A DNA stretch of 63,971 bases, filler included, from Acidimicrobiia bacterium (GTDB lineage Bacteria > Actinomycetota > Acidimicrobiia > Spongiisociales > CAZKJJ01): the NCBI GenBank assembly GCA_046759765.1. It is 4 parts of 4 records of this genome, joined end to end, with 100 filler letters (N's around TTAATTAATTAA, not from the genome) between each part and the next. Parts side by side here need not be neighbours in the genome. Positions count along the whole stretch, not along the records: positions 18,548 to 36,626 come from JBHICV010000037.1; 3 more parts are not named here. The stretch is one strand, 5' to 3'. The notes under the pieces are model-generated. The model was not told the origin of the DNA, made no database searches, and worked only from the letters and a program-made list of their open reading frames with translations. Shown in pieces: positions 18,548-29,246 of the stretch (the stretch's first letter is position 1; the number at the start of each line of letters is the position of its first letter). The position numbers were made by a program, and so were the translations under genes.

Positions 18548-19168
18548 AAGTCCACGCTTGCTCACGTGCTGATGGGTCACATCGCCTATGAGATCACGGC
18601 CGGCAAAATCACCTTCGACGGCAACGACATAACCAAGCTCCCCCCATACGAGCGAGGCCGCCGCGGCATGTTCCTCGCTTTCCAGTACCCGGAGGAGATC
18701 CCCGGCGTCTCCGTCGTCAACTTCCTCCGGACCGCCCTCTCTAACCGGACCGGGATCGATTACACGGTGCTCGAGCTCCGCCTGAAGGTCATGGACGCCA
18801 TGAAGGAGCTCGGCATGGAACCATCGTTCGCCGACCGCTACCTCAACGAAGGGTTCTCGGGCGGTGAGCGGAAGCGAAACGAGATCCTGCAAATGGCTGT
18901 CCTCGAGCCCGAGCTTGCCATCCTGGACGAAACCGACTCCGGGCTCGACATCGACGCGCTGCAACTCGTTGCCGACGGGGTCAACCGTATGGTGTCTCCC
19001 GACAGAGGGTTTCTGATCATCACTCACTATCAGCGACTGCTCGACTACATCACGCCGAACGTCGTACACGTGTTTCTCGACGGCCGCATCATCACCTCGG
19101 GCGGTCCGGAGCTGGCCGCTCGCCTGGAGGAGGAGGGCTACGATGCCTTCCGTTTGGAGGTTTCGTGA
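18548..19168 (+). CDS. sufC: Fe-S assembly ATPase SufC (5' partial)
   Basis: AFQYPEEIPGV, NEGFSGGERKRNEILQ and LDETDSGLDIDA. Confidence 0.93.
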   Translation, partial: KSTLAHVLMGHIAYEITAGKITFDGNDITKLPPYERGRRGMFLAFQYPEEIPGVSVVNFLRTALSNRTGIDYTVLELRLKVMDAMKELGMEPSFADRYLNEGFSGGERKRNEILQMAVLEPELAILDETDSGLDIDALQLVADGVNRMVSPDRGFLIITHYQRLLDYITPNVVHVFLDGRIITSGGPELAARLEEEGYDAFRLEVS

Positions 19169-20394
19169 TCGATCTATCCCATGTGAAAGCCGACTTCCCG
19201 ATCTTGCAACGAGACATCCGTGGCCGGCGTCTCGTGTACCTGGACTCGGCCTCGAGCTCCCATAAGCCGGAGCAAGTCATCGAGGCCATGGACGCGTTTC
19301 AGCGCAGCCACTATGCCAACGTTCACCGGGGCGCCTACCTCCTCGCCGAAGAGGCAACAGAGGCTTATGAGGAAGCACGCGGCCTCGTAGCAGCCTTCAT
19401 CGGCGCCGGATCGGCGGCCGAGCTGGTATTCACCCGGGGAACAACTACGGCCATGAACACCGTCGTGTTCGGGTGGGGCCTACACCACCTGAAGCCCGGC
19501 GATCAGGTGATGCTCACCACCATGGAGCATCACGCCAATATCGTTCCCTGGCATCTTCTGATGCGCCTCCGGCACATCGAGCTGGTGTACGTGCCGTTCA
19601 CGGAGGACTACCGACTCGATATCGAGGCCCTGGAGGACCTACTGACCGAGCAGGTCAAGGTCGTCTCCTTCACCGGCATGTCGAACGTTCTGGGAACCCA
19701 ACCACCAACGGAGGAGATCGCCCGGTTGGCCAAACAGGTGGGCGCCCTTGTCGTCGTCGACGCCGCCCAGCTGGTGCCGCACGCGCCGGTGGACGTGCAG
19801 GATCTAGGAATCGACCTGCTGGCCTTCTCCTCCCACAAGATGTTCGGTCCGACCGGCGTAGGGGCGCTATGGGGACGAAAAGAGATCCTGGAAGAGATGG
19901 AGCCCTTCGAGGGCGGCGGCGAGATGATCTCCGACGTCAAACTCTTCGAATCGAAGTGGGCACCCGTCCCTCAGAAATTCGAAGCCGGCACGCCGCCCAT
20001 AACCGAGGCCGTCGGATTCGGTGCCGCGGTTGAATACCTCGACAAGGTCGGCATGGATGTTGTGGCAGAACACGACCAAGAGCTGACCGCCTACGCATTG
20101 GAGCGGCTGGCCGAGGTCCCGGGGCTGACCATCTACGGACCGAGAAAAGCAGAGGCACGGGGGGGTGCCATCTCGATGGCCATGGAGGAGGTCCACGCGC
20201 ATGACCTCGCCACGATCCTGGACGAGGAGGGAGTCGCGGTCCGCGCGGGCCATCATTGCGCCAAGCCCTTGATGGCCGAGCTGGGAGTCCTGGCTACGGC
20301 CAGAGCCTCCTTCCACATCTACAACACCCCCGAAGATGTTGACGTGCTCATCTCGGCCCTGCACCGAGCACGCGCCATATTCGGACTCTCCTAG
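19165..20394 (+). CDS. sufS: Cysteine desulfurase SufS
   Basis: YLDSASS, SSHKMFGPTG and RAGHHCAKPL. Confidence 0.95.
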   Translation: MIDLSHVKADFPILQRDIRGRRLVYLDSASSSHKPEQVIEAMDAFQRSHYANVHRGAYLLAEEATEAYEEARGLVAAFIGAGSAAELVFTRGTTTAMNTVVFGWGLHHLKPGDQVMLTTMEHHANIVPWHLLMRLRHIELVYVPFTEDYRLDIEALEDLLTEQVKVVSFTGMSNVLGTQPPTEEIARLAKQVGALVVVDAAQLVPHAPVDVQDLGIDLLAFSSHKMFGPTGVGALWGRKEILEEMEPFEGGGEMISDVKLFESKWAPVPQKFEAGTPPITEAVGFGAAVEYLDKVGMDVVAEHDQELTAYALERLAEVPGLTIYGPRKAEARGGAISMAMEEVHAHDLATILDEEGVAVRAGHHCAKPLMAELGVLATARASFHIYNTPEDVDVLISALHRARAIFGLS

Positions 20395-20409
20395 GAGCGA
20401 GGAGAACCC

Positions 20410-20865
20410 ATGGGTAACGAGTGCATCTTCTGTCAGATCGCGAGAGGCCAGGCGCCCGCCAGCCGTGTTTACGAAGACGACCAGGTAGTTGCGTTCTTGG
20501 ACATCCACCCCGTTACACCCGGCCATACCCTTGTAATTCCCCTCGAGCACTCGGCCGGTCTCGCGGAGCTCGACCCAACACTTGGGCGGCATATGTTCAC
20601 GGTCGCCTCCCGTGTCGCGGCCGCAATTCGAGCCTCGGACCTTCCCTCGGAGGGGATCAATCTGTTCCTAGCCGACGGAGCCGCCGCCGGACAAGAGGTA
20701 TTTCACACGCACCTGCACGTCTTCGCCCGCTTTCGGGGCGATGGCTTCGGAATCCGGGCGCAGCGGGAATTGCCCGAGCGAGAGGTCCTCGACGGCCACG
20801 CCCTCTCGATCCAGGCCGCCTTCGAGCAGCTCGACAGACTTGGGGCGGACTCGAGGGTCGAGTGA
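20410..20865 (+). CDS. HIT-family hydrolase
   Basis: CIFC...GQEVFHTHLH. Confidence 0.9.
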   Translation: MGNECIFCQIARGQAPASRVYEDDQVVAFLDIHPVTPGHTLVIPLEHSAGLAELDPTLGRHMFTVASRVAAAIRASDLPSEGINLFLADGAAAGQEVFHTHLHVFARFRGDGFGIRAQRELPEREVLDGHALSIQAAFEQLDRLGADSRVE

Positions 20866-21317
20866 TGTCGGTAGAGGAGCTTTACCGCGAGGTCATCCTG
20901 GATCACTACCGCAATCCGAGGAACCGGGACCGTATCGACGACCCCGACGCACACGCCGAAGGAACCAACCCGTTATGTGGGGACGAGGTCGCTATCGACC
21001 TCGTCTATGACGGGGACGTCGTATCGGAAGTGTCGGTTCGGGGTCAGGGCTGTTCGATCAGTCAGTCCTCTGCGTCGATGATGAGCGAAGCCATCAAGGG
21101 CAAGTCCAAGGCCGAGGTGCAGGAGCTTTCGGACCGGTTCAAGACCATGATGTCGATCACCGAAGGGAAGGACCCTGGTCTCGATCCCGAGCGACCCGGT
21201 GCCGTCTTAGGCGACCTCGAAGCTCTGCAAGGCGTGCGCAAGTTCCCCGTTCGTATCAAGTGCGCCGACTTGGCCTGGACCACGCTGGAGCAGGCCCTCG
21301 ACGGGCCACCGACCTAG
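20865..21317 (+). CDS. sufU: SufU scaffold
   Basis: LYREVILDH, NPLCGD, GCSIS and RIKCA. Confidence 0.93.
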   Translation: MSVEELYREVILDHYRNPRNRDRIDDPDAHAEGTNPLCGDEVAIDLVYDGDVVSEVSVRGQGCSISQSSASMMSEAIKGKSKAEVQELSDRFKTMMSITEGKDPGLDPERPGAVLGDLEALQGVRKFPVRIKCADLAWTTLEQALDGPPT

Positions 21318-22708
21318 TCGAGGATCCCACCCTCCGTCATCCGCTTGAGGTCGAGTACCTGCTCGAGCTGCTCCTCGGAAAGGACTTGCTTCTCCAACGC
21401 CACCTCCCGGACTCCCCTGCCGCTCGCGAATGCCTCCTTGGCGATCTCCGCGGCCTTGTCGTAACCGATATGCGGATTGAGCGCGGTGATGATCGAGATG
21501 TTTCGCTCGACCAGCGCCTCTGCCTGCTCGACGTTGGCTTCGATGCCCACCACGCACTTCTCGCGCAGGTTCTCGGCCGCCGCCGCCAGCAGTGAGATCG
21601 ACTCGATGAGATTGTGAGCGATCATCGGCATCATGACGTTGAGCTCGAAGCTGCCGCTGGCCCCGCCCCAGGTGATAGCGGCATCGTTGCCGATCACGTG
21701 GGCGGCGACCTGCATCGTCATCTCGGGCATGACCGGGTTGACCTTGCCCGGCATGATCGAAGAGTCCGGCTGCAGGGAAGGCAGCATGATCTCGGAAATC
21801 GCCGATCGGGGCCCTGACCCCAGCCAGCGGAGGTCGTTGGCAATCTTGAACAGCGACGTCGCGACCGTCTTCAGCGCTCCCGAGGTCATGACAACGGCGT
21901 CCTTGGCGGCCATCGCCTCGAAGTGATTATCGGTTTTTCGAAACGGATAGCCGGTCTCGGCGGCTACCAGCTCGATGATCCTCTCCGCAAACCCCGGCGG
22001 CGCGTTGAGTCCGGTTCCGACGGCTGTGCCGCCGAGCGCGACCTCATCCAGCTCGGTAAGGACCTTCTCCAACCTGCCATCGCTCTTCCGGACCTGAGCT
22101 GCATATCCGGAGAACTCCTGCCCCAGGGTCACAGGCGTTGCATCCATTAGGTGAGTCCGCCCCGATTTGACGATCTCGGCGAACTCGCTGCTCTTGACTT
22201 CCAGCGCGGCGGCAAGACCGGCCAGAGCCGGAAGTAGATCCTCACGAATCGAGGCGGCCGCAGCGATGTGAATGGCCGTCGGTATCACGTCGTTGGACGA
22301 CTGGCCGAAGTTCACGTCGTCGTTCGGGTGAACGAGCTTCGATCCCAGATCCCCGCCCAGGATCTCGCCGGCCCGGTTGGCGATAACCTCGTTGGCGTTC
22401 GTGTTAGTTGAGGTCCCGGACCCCGTCTGGAAGATGTCGAGCACGAAGTGCTCGTCGAGCAGGCCTTCCACAACCTCGCCGGCGGCCTCAGCGATCGCTT
22501 TCGCCTTGTCACCCTCCAGGTAGCCGGCCTCGCCGGCTACTTCGGCCGCCGCCTTCTTTATGAGGCCGAGGGCCCAGATGAACCGACGGTCGAACCGCAG
22601 CGAAGAAATAGGAAAGTTGTCCACCGCGCGCTGCGTAGATGCTCCGTAGTAGGCGCCGGCCGGAACGCGGACCTCACCCATTGAGTCCTTCTCGATTCGT
22701 TCCTCCAC
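21314..22708 (-). CDS. fumC: Class II fumarate hydratase
   Basis: RIEKDSMG, QTGSGTSTN, GRTHLMDA and SSIMPGKVNP. Confidence 0.93.
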   Translation of the reverse strand: MEERIEKDSMGEVRVPAGAYYGASTQRAVDNFPISSLRFDRRFIWALGLIKKAAAEVAGEAGYLEGDKAKAIAEAAGEVVEGLLDEHFVLDIFQTGSGTSTNTNANEVIANRAGEILGGDLGSKLVHPNDDVNFGQSSNDVIPTAIHIAAAASIREDLLPALAGLAAALEVKSSEFAEIVKSGRTHLMDATPVTLGQEFSGYAAQVRKSDGRLEKVLTELDEVALGGTAVGTGLNAPPGFAERIIELVAAETGYPFRKTDNHFEAMAAKDAVVMTSGALKTVATSLFKIANDLRWLGSGPRSAISEIMLPSLQPDSSIMPGKVNPVMPEMTMQVAAHVIGNDAAITWGGASGSFELNVMMPMIAHNLIESISLLAAAAENLREKCVVGIEANVEQAEALVERNISIITALNPHIGYDKAAEIAKEAFASGRGVREVALEKQVLSEEQLEQVLDLKRMTEGGILD

Positions 22709-22768
22709 GTCCGGTCCTCCCTTCGTAACACCTGACTCTCAGATTAGGAGACCTGGGTTGGTGCCAGG

Positions 22769-23572
22769 TCAGGCGTCGAAGGGGGTGTCGGTGAGCTGTT
22801 GCGACGGATCCGGAATATCCGAGCTGGGTGTCTCCGGTGGAGTGATTCCGAGCCGCTCCCGCAACCGGCGGTAGCCGCCTCGCTCCAGATCGTCGGCCAG
22901 GTCGGGACCTCCGCTGACCACGATCGTGCCGTCCATGATCACGTGGATTCGATCTGGCTGGAGGTAGCGGAAGATCCGGTTGTAGTGGGTAATGAGAAGA
23001 ACGGCCCGTTCCGGATCCCGCATCGCCTCCACCGCTCCCGCCACCTGGCGAACGGCATCGATGTCGAGTCCCGAGTCGATCTCGTCCAGCATTGCCACGC
23101 GCGGAGCCAGAACTCCCAGCTGGAACAGCTCTGAGCGCTTCTTCTCGCCCCCGGACAGGTCGTCGTTGACCGACCGATCGAGAAACGCACCCATGTCCAG
23201 CGACTCGGCCATTCCATCGATCCGAGCCGCTATTTCTTCGTCATCGATGTCGACCTCGGCGGCGGCTTCCAACATGAGTTCGCGGAGGGTTACGCCCCGT
23301 ATCTCGACCGGATATTGGAAGGCCTGCACCAGACCTAGCCGGGCGCGTTCGTCGATACTCTTGTCGAGAAGCTCCTCTCTGCCGATCTTGGCCGACCCCG
23401 AGACCTCGTAGTCCTCCTTGCCGCTCACCACGTGGCACAGCGTCGATTTGCCCGAGCCGTTTGGACCCATTAGCCCGTGGATCTCGCCGAAAGGCACCTC
23501 TAGGTCAACACCCCTCAGGATCTGCTGGCCGTCGATTGAGGCATGCAAATCCTCGATGCGAAAGCGAGTCAC
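22769..23572 (-). CDS. sufC: Second SufC ATPase
   Basis: MGPNGSGKST, AFQYP, LSGGEKKRSE and DEIDSGLDIDA. Confidence 0.88.
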   Translation of the reverse strand: MTRFRIEDLHASIDGQQILRGVDLEVPFGEIHGLMGPNGSGKSTLCHVVSGKEDYEVSGSAKIGREELLDKSIDERARLGLVQAFQYPVEIRGVTLRELMLEAAAEVDIDDEEIAARIDGMAESLDMGAFLDRSVNDDLSGGEKKRSELFQLGVLAPRVAMLDEIDSGLDIDAVRQVAGAVEAMRDPERAVLLITHYNRIFRYLQPDRIHVIMDGTIVVSGGPDLADDLERGGYRRLRERLGITPPETPSSDIPDPSQQLTDTPFDA

Positions 23573-23886
23573 GACTCCTCCCCGACCATGAGGTAGACAT
23601 CGCCTTCTTCGACCTTGGAGGGGAAGACGGCCACAGGCCGTGTGGCAGGAAGCGAATTCGGCTCGCCCGTACGCAAGTCGAACTCGGACCCGTGACGAGG
23701 ACATTCGACCGCTTCATCGAAGACCTCGCCCTCTGAGAGGGACGCCTCGGCGTGGCTACAGGTGTCCGCGATGGCGAAGACCTCGTTCCCGATGCGAAAC
23801 AGCGCGATTCGCTCCCCGTTCATCTCGACGAGCATGCCCTGAGACTCTTCCAAGTCGTTCAGGGGAATCACCTTGACCCAGCTCAC
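23569..23886 (-). CDS. Rieske-type ferredoxin
   Basis: CSH...CPRHGSEFD. Confidence 0.9.
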   Translation of the reverse strand: MSWVKVIPLNDLEESQGMLVEMNGERIALFRIGNEVFAIADTCSHAEASLSEGEVFDEAVECPRHGSEFDLRTGEPNSLPATRPVAVFPSKVEEGDVYLMVGEES

Positions 23887-25151
23887 ACCCGTCCTTCCTC
23901 TTGTGCCTCGATGAACTTGCGGCTCACCTCTGCACCGATGGGAGCCGCCAGCTCCGATTGGGGGAAGCGACGCAGCACCTCGTCGAAGAAACCACGGATC
24001 AACAGCCTCTCGGCCCGAGTCTGGCTCAGGCCCCGGCTTCGCAGGTAGTAGAGGTGCTCGAGCTCTAGCGGCCCGGAAGTAGAGGCATGGCCGCACATCA
24101 CCTCGTCGCAGAGGATCTCCAGGTTGGGTACAGACTGCGCCTGGGCTCCGTCCGATAGCACGAGGTTCCGGTTGGTCTGAAAGGCATGAGCGCGTATCGC
24201 CTCGTTCTCTATCTTGATGAGACCCGTGAACACCGACCGAGCTTGGTCCTCGACAGCGCCTTTCAGCACCATATCTGAGGTGGTGGAAGGCCCTATGTGA
24301 TTGATGAACGCTCGATAGTCGAGCACCTGGTCACGGTCTCCGAAGTAGAGACCGATCACTTGTGCGGTCCCGCCTGCGCCTTCGAGGTCGATGGTTAGGT
24401 GAAGTCGGCTGAGGCTGGCTCCCAGTCCTGCCTCCGCAATGATCAGCGTGGCGTCCCTACCCACGCGTGCCCGAAGATGGGCAATCGAACGAGTCGCCGG
24501 GCCAAGACCCTGTGAGATGGTGAGGCCGCAGCGAGCACCGTCAGCTACGTCGACATCGATGCCAGGGACAACCAATTGCTCGGAGGCCTCCTGCGACCTG
24601 AGGCTGAGAACGACCGAGGTCTCGGAGTTCTCACCCGCCGCCAGCGCGACATGCGGAAAAGACACCCGGTTGGGCTGCGAGGCCTGAATGTCTACGTACC
24701 TGGGGCCCACATCGACCTGCCCCGCCGGAACATCGATGAAGACCAGATCCGGAAGGAAGGCGTGGTGCGCAGCAGAGAAGATATCGAGGTCGACTGGCGC
24801 TCCCCGACTGACCAGCTTCTCCAGTGCGTCGCTACGTCGATCCGCATCACTGAGTGAGATCGCCTGCTCGGAGGTCTCGACGACGTAGCCGTCGACCACC
24901 GTCGCACCGCCAATACGCGTCCCATTCAGCGCGTCTCCGATCAGGTCGGGGCCCTCGAGCAACTCGCCGGGCCCCTCCACACCGGCAAACTCGTCGATTT
25001 CGAAGTCGAGGTCGAGGTAACGCCAGACTTCCTCGGACTCGGTTGGCATTTCCAGCTTGGCGAACGCGCTCAGCGCCTGCTCACGCACGTCCGTCAACCA
25101 CTCGGGCGATGAGGCGCTTAACAAAGACAGAAAGGCGCGATCGAGCTTCAC
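23883..25151 (-). CDS. sufD: SufD
   Basis: EEVWRY, QTNRNLVLS, PNLEI...CGHA and YYLRSRG. Confidence 0.9.
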   Translation of the reverse strand: MKLDRAFLSLLSASSPEWLTDVREQALSAFAKLEMPTESEEVWRYLDLDFEIDEFAGVEGPGELLEGPDLIGDALNGTRIGGATVVDGYVVETSEQAISLSDADRRSDALEKLVSRGAPVDLDIFSAAHHAFLPDLVFIDVPAGQVDVGPRYVDIQASQPNRVSFPHVALAAGENSETSVVLSLRSQEASEQLVVPGIDVDVADGARCGLTISQGLGPATRSIAHLRARVGRDATLIIAEAGLGASLSRLHLTIDLEGAGGTAQVIGLYFGDRDQVLDYRAFINHIGPSTTSDMVLKGAVEDQARSVFTGLIKIENEAIRAHAFQTNRNLVLSDGAQAQSVPNLEILCDEVMCGHASTSGPLELEHLYYLRSRGLSQTRAERLLIRGFFDEVLRRFPQSELAAPIGAEVSRKFIEAQEEGRV

Positions 25152-25212
25152 GACGCTTCTCGGGGAGCGATCATCGTATTCTTCCTACCCACATAGGGCG
25201 AATTCCGGCTGT

Positions 25213-25863
25213 TCAGCCCATCTCGGCGACTGCGCGGCCGACAACCGCGTCGAGCATCTCGGTGGTGAGCCGACCAGTGAACGTGTTCTGCTGGGAAGGG
25301 TGATAGCTCGCCAGCAGCAGCGGGCCGTCCGGCCGCAGATCGACCTCGACGCCGTGACCGAATTTGGGACGTGGGCGGGGAACGGCGATTCCCCATGCGT
25401 CCATGATGCGCAGCATTTGCCCGAAAGCAACGGCACCGAGACACAACACGACCGCCACGTCTCCTAGCAAGTCCAGTTCGGCGTCGAGCCAGGATCGGCA
25501 GTTCTCTCGTTCCTGTGCGGTCGGCTTGTTCTGTGGAGGTGCGCAGCGAACCACTGCAGTGATGTAGGAATCGGTGAGCCGAAGCCCGTCTTGGCGACTG
25601 TCGGATCGGCCGGCGCTGGCGAGGCCGGCCCGATGCAGAGCGCCGTATAGCCATGCTCCGGACCGGTCTCCTGTGAACATCCGTCCGGTTCGGTTCGCTC
25701 CGTGGGCGGCCGGGGCCAGCCCGACGACGACCAGTCGAGCCGCGCGATCGCCGAAACCGGGCACGGGACGCCCCCAATAGCTCTCATCCCGAAACGCGGC
25801 CCGCTTTTCTGCCGCGACCTGCTCGCGCCAGCGAACCAGACGAGGGCATCGGCGGCATTGCAC
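25213..25863 (-). CDS. Uracil-DNA glycosylase, family 5 (UdgB); start uncertain
   Basis: [26 protein letters not shown] and YHPSQQN. Confidence 0.9.
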   Translation of the reverse strand: MQCRRCPRLVRWREQVAAEKRAAFRDESYWGRPVPGFGDRAARLVVVGLAPAAHGANRTGRMFTGDRSGAWLYGALHRAGLASAGRSDSRQDGLRLTDSYITAVVRCAPPQNKPTAQERENCRSWLDAELDLLGDVAVVLCLGAVAFGQMLRIMDAWGIAVPRPRPKFGHGVEVDLRPDGPLLLASYHPSQQNTFTGRLTTEMLDAVVGRAVAEMG

Positions 25864-25891
25864 GAGCTCGGCGTTCAGCCGATCGAAGTCC

Positions 25892-26326
25892 TCAGATCGT
25901 CGAGCCGTTGTACTCCATCCATTTCTCGGGTGCTCTCAGCGGGGAGAAACCGAACTTCTCATACAGCTCGTGGGCGTCGTCGGTCGCCAGTAGGAGGCGC
26001 TTGGTGTCGATGAGGCACGGGTGAGACCGCACCGCCTGTACGAGCGCCTTACCGAGTCCTTGACCACGGTGGGACTCCAGTACGTAGAAGTCGCACAGCC
26101 ACCCGAATGTGGCACAGTCCGTGACCACCCTCGCGGCTCCGACCATCTCGCCCCCAGGCGCGTACGCCCCGAATACGAGGCTGTTGTCGAGTGCAGCCTC
26201 GGTTGTGTCGCGCCTCCGACCTTTCGCCCAGTAGGAATCCGCCGTCAGATACTCGTGAAACGCATCCACATCGAACCGATCAGGGTCCGTCGAGATCTGA
26301 TACGAGCTTTGATCCCACGTGAGCAT
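25892..26326 (-). CDS. GNAT N-acetyltransferase
   Basis: [21 protein letters not shown] and LYEKFGF. Confidence 0.88.
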   Translation of the reverse strand: MLTWDQSSYQISTDPDRFDVDAFHEYLTADSYWAKGRRRDTTEAALDNSLVFGAYAPGGEMVGAARVVTDCATFGWLCDFYVLESHRGQGLGKALVQAVRSHPCLIDTKRLLLATDDAHELYEKFGFSPLRAPEKWMEYNGSTI

Positions 26327-26340
26327 TTCCTCGGACCGTA

Positions 26341-27924
26341 TCAGGCTTCGGGTTCCTCTGAGCCGAGGGTGCTCTCGGCGTCGATCGCTGCCTCGGTGAA
26401 GGAGCTGGCGGCATTCCACAGCATCCAGCCGAGCCCTCTTGACTCGGCTGAGGCAATCTGGGCTTTGACGGCGCTGGCACCGTAGGAGAAGTCCTGCAAC
26501 CACGGTCTGAGAATCGCGGGTCCGTTGATCTTCTGAAGACCGTCGTCCAGCGCCAATCCGACCACGCGGCCGGGATGATCGGAAGGATCCTCGAAGCCGA
26601 ACCAGTCCTCGGAGTACGCGCTCGGGTAGACAGTAGGCGCCAGTACGTCCACAACCTGTGACAACCCCTTGAAGTCCTGCCCGACCGATCCCGGGACTTG
26701 GACAGTCATGGTCGAACCGAGAACATTCACCGAGCTGGCACAGCCCTCGCGGCCGAGCCGGGTGGAGGCCTCAGCCGCGAAGGAACGAAGAGCCGAAGCG
26801 CGCTCGGCCTCTGAGCCAGCAGCGTCGAACACCAACGCGGCATTCTGAGTCAGCGGAAACGCGACGTGGTCGAACTGAATCTCGGAGAAGCCGGCAGCAC
26901 ATGCCTCGAGCGCAAGCGAGATGGCATAGGAGCGAGCCTCCTCGTCGCTGGGATCGAGATACCACAGCGAGTTGCTGACAAAGGGGGCGTCCCGGCGCTG
27001 GTCCCACACCGCTACCCCCGGGAGAGTTCGGGCAACGAGGGGGTCGATGAACGCGACAATCCGTCCTATCGCGTATAGACCACGCTCTTTGGTGTCGGCC
27101 AACACGTCGCTGAGGCGGAACCAGTCCATGACCGCGCCGGCTTGACGGGCGACTTCGACCTGACTGTCGTAGAACACCCGGCCCGTGTCGTCCTTGAGGT
27201 CTATGACCAGGCCATTTACAACGGTGCTATCACCGAGAGCCAGCAGATGTTCCCAGGAGGAAGGATTGGAGGCGGCAGCTGCACTGACATGCAGAGCCCG
27301 CACGATCCTGGGCTGCATGACCATGTCGAGCGAGCCGTCGGTCCCGTTCCACTCCCTCCGCGAAGTGACGCGGGCGGGATGACTGGCAACGACCTCGCCC
27401 GGGACCGCCCGGGCAAGTTCGAAACCCCCGTCGGGGCCTGAAACTGTCTCCACGGTACCCGAGGTAACGGAAACGTTGCTCAGTTGATATCCGGCCGGAT
27501 CGGTGACGACGCCGCGCAGCACAACCGGGTGAAGCGCGAGCGAGAACGGCTCTTCGGGCCGTTCCACCACGACCGCTTCGCCGGGCAAGAGACCGACCAG
27601 CTCAGCCGAGATGCTGACCGGTCCCACGGTCCAGTTGAAGGCGGCCATGCCCTCGTTGTCGGACAGAACGATGTGGCCCCCAGAAGGGTCGGTGAATGTG
27701 ACGGTGGCACCGGGAAGGGGCGTGCCACTGGGATCGACCACTGCTACCACCAGCTGGCGTCCGGACGCGGGAACTTGCTGCTCGGGCACCGGTGTCTCGC
27801 CGACTCCCACCACGGAGCCGCTCACGCAGGAGCCCAGCAGGAGAGTCGTGGCCACCAGGCCGGCGAGCGGCCTGATGATGGCATCTCCCGGCCTGAGTCT
27901 CTCAGGCCTCCGCGCGCCGCCCAT
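26341..27924 (-). CDS. Lipoprotein with carboxypeptidase-regulatory-like domains and a putative glycoside hydrolase (DUF4015-like) domain
   Basis: LLLGS-C lipobox; VIDLKDDTG, GFSEIQFD, RPWLQDF and GWMLWN. Confidence 0.7.
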   Translation of the reverse strand: MGGARRPERLRPGDAIIRPLAGLVATTLLLGSCVSGSVVGVGETPVPEQQVPASGRQLVVAVVDPSGTPLPGATVTFTDPSGGHIVLSDNEGMAAFNWTVGPVSISAELVGLLPGEAVVVERPEEPFSLALHPVVLRGVVTDPAGYQLSNVSVTSGTVETVSGPDGGFELARAVPGEVVASHPARVTSRREWNGTDGSLDMVMQPRIVRALHVSAAAASNPSSWEHLLALGDSTVVNGLVIDLKDDTGRVFYDSQVEVARQAGAVMDWFRLSDVLADTKERGLYAIGRIVAFIDPLVARTLPGVAVWDQRRDAPFVSNSLWYLDPSDEEARSYAISLALEACAAGFSEIQFDHVAFPLTQNAALVFDAAGSEAERASALRSFAAEASTRLGREGCASSVNVLGSTMTVQVPGSVGQDFKGLSQVVDVLAPTVYPSAYSEDWFGFEDPSDHPGRVVGLALDDGLQKINGPAILRPWLQDFSYGASAVKAQIASAESRGLGWMLWNAASSFTEAAIDAESTLGSEEPEA

Positions 27925-28042
27925 CGGACTGCAAAGAATAGCTCCGACGTGGGGTTTTGGGCCCTGGCATTTTCCATTGTCAGGAAGAAAGCCCTCTGTT
28001 ACGGTCACGTGGTCTGCCAACCAATACGGGGGCTCTCAAAGG

Positions 28043-28975
28043 GTGGTGACGCACGGTAGACAGCTGACGCCGGTGTCCGACACCGTCGGGATCTATCTCG
28101 AGGAAGTCTCAGAACACTCCCTGCTGACAGCAGAGGATGAGGTCCAGCTAGCTCGAGCGATGGAACGCGGCCGCAAGGCACAGCACCTCCTCGACGCAGA
28201 CCGCGAGATTCCGCCTACCGAGCGGGTCAAGCTCCACCGACTCGTCCACGAGGGCGAGGAAGCCAAGATGACCTTCATCCGGTCCAACTTGAGGCTGGTC
28301 ATCTCTATCAGCAAGCGCTATGCCGGTCGCGGCCTCGACCTCCTCGATCTCATCCAGGAGGGCAACCTGGGCCTGATACGCGCCGTTGAGAAGTTCGACT
28401 GGCGCAAGGGATTCAAGTTCTCGACCTACGCCACCTGGTGGATAAGGCAGGCCATCACACGCGGGCTAGGCAACCAGGCCCGCACGATCAGGCTGCCTGT
28501 CCACATGGTGGACGTGGTGAGGACTGTTCTCGACGCGGAACAGGCGCTGACCGAGGAGCACCGCCGAGCCCCAACGAACGAAGAGATCGCTGAAGTCTCC
28601 GGTCTCGATGTAGAGCGGGTTCTGGCTGCCCTGGGAGCGCCGATGGACACGGTGTCGCTCGACCGGCCGGTCGGCGACGACGGAGATGCAGAGCTGAAGG
28701 ACTTCATAGAGGACGAACGCACGCCAGACCCGTTCGTGCAAGCCGCCGACATGATGAGAAGGCGTCACCTGATGAGGGCGCTCGGTATTCTCGAAGACGA
28801 GGAACGCGACGTAATCGTGCTCCGATTCGGTCTAGACGGCAGCGAGCCCCGAACTCTTTCGGACGTTGGGAAGATCTTCAACCTCACGCGGGAGCGAATT
28901 CGGCAGATCGAGGGGCGGGCTCTGTCGAAACTGCGTCATCCTTCTTGCGCCTTCGATTTGGAGGCTCTGATCTAG
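28043..28975 (+). CDS. Sigma-70 family factor, group 2-like (no region 1.1)
   Basis: NLRLVISI, DLIQEGNLGLIRAVEKFD, KFSTYATWWIRQ and TRERIRQIE. Confidence 0.9.
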   Translation: MVTHGRQLTPVSDTVGIYLEEVSEHSLLTAEDEVQLARAMERGRKAQHLLDADREIPPTERVKLHRLVHEGEEAKMTFIRSNLRLVISISKRYAGRGLDLLDLIQEGNLGLIRAVEKFDWRKGFKFSTYATWWIRQAITRGLGNQARTIRLPVHMVDVVRTVLDAEQALTEEHRRAPTNEEIAEVSGLDVERVLAALGAPMDTVSLDRPVGDDGDAELKDFIEDERTPDPFVQAADMMRRRHLMRALGILEDEERDVIVLRFGLDGSEPRTLSDVGKIFNLTRERIRQIEGRALSKLRHPSCAFDLEALI

Positions 28976-28985
28976 CATCTCGGGC

Positions 28986-29246
28986 ATGCCCGATTTGACG
29001 ATCACGACCGGCGTCCTAGCCACGATCGTGACGGCGGGGTTGGGGGGACTCGTTGGAGGCCTCGTTTCGGGTTGGCAGGCCCGCATGCCAGGTTCGGTTC
29101 TGATCGGGATGATCGGTGGTACCGCCCTGGCGGTTGTGCTGCGGGCCCTCGACGTTGGGCCGATTATCGGTGTCGAGAGCTACTCCCTGGTATTCGCTTT
29201 CCTGGCCGGCGGCATCACCGCCTGGATCGTGGGGACCTTCGCCTAG
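28986..29246 (+). CDS. Small membrane protein
   Basis: Three Gly-rich hydrophobic segments. Confidence 0.6.
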   Translation: MPDLTITTGVLATIVTAGLGGLVGGLVSGWQARMPGSVLIGMIGGTALAVVLRALDVGPIIGVESYSLVFAFLAGGITAWIVGTFA

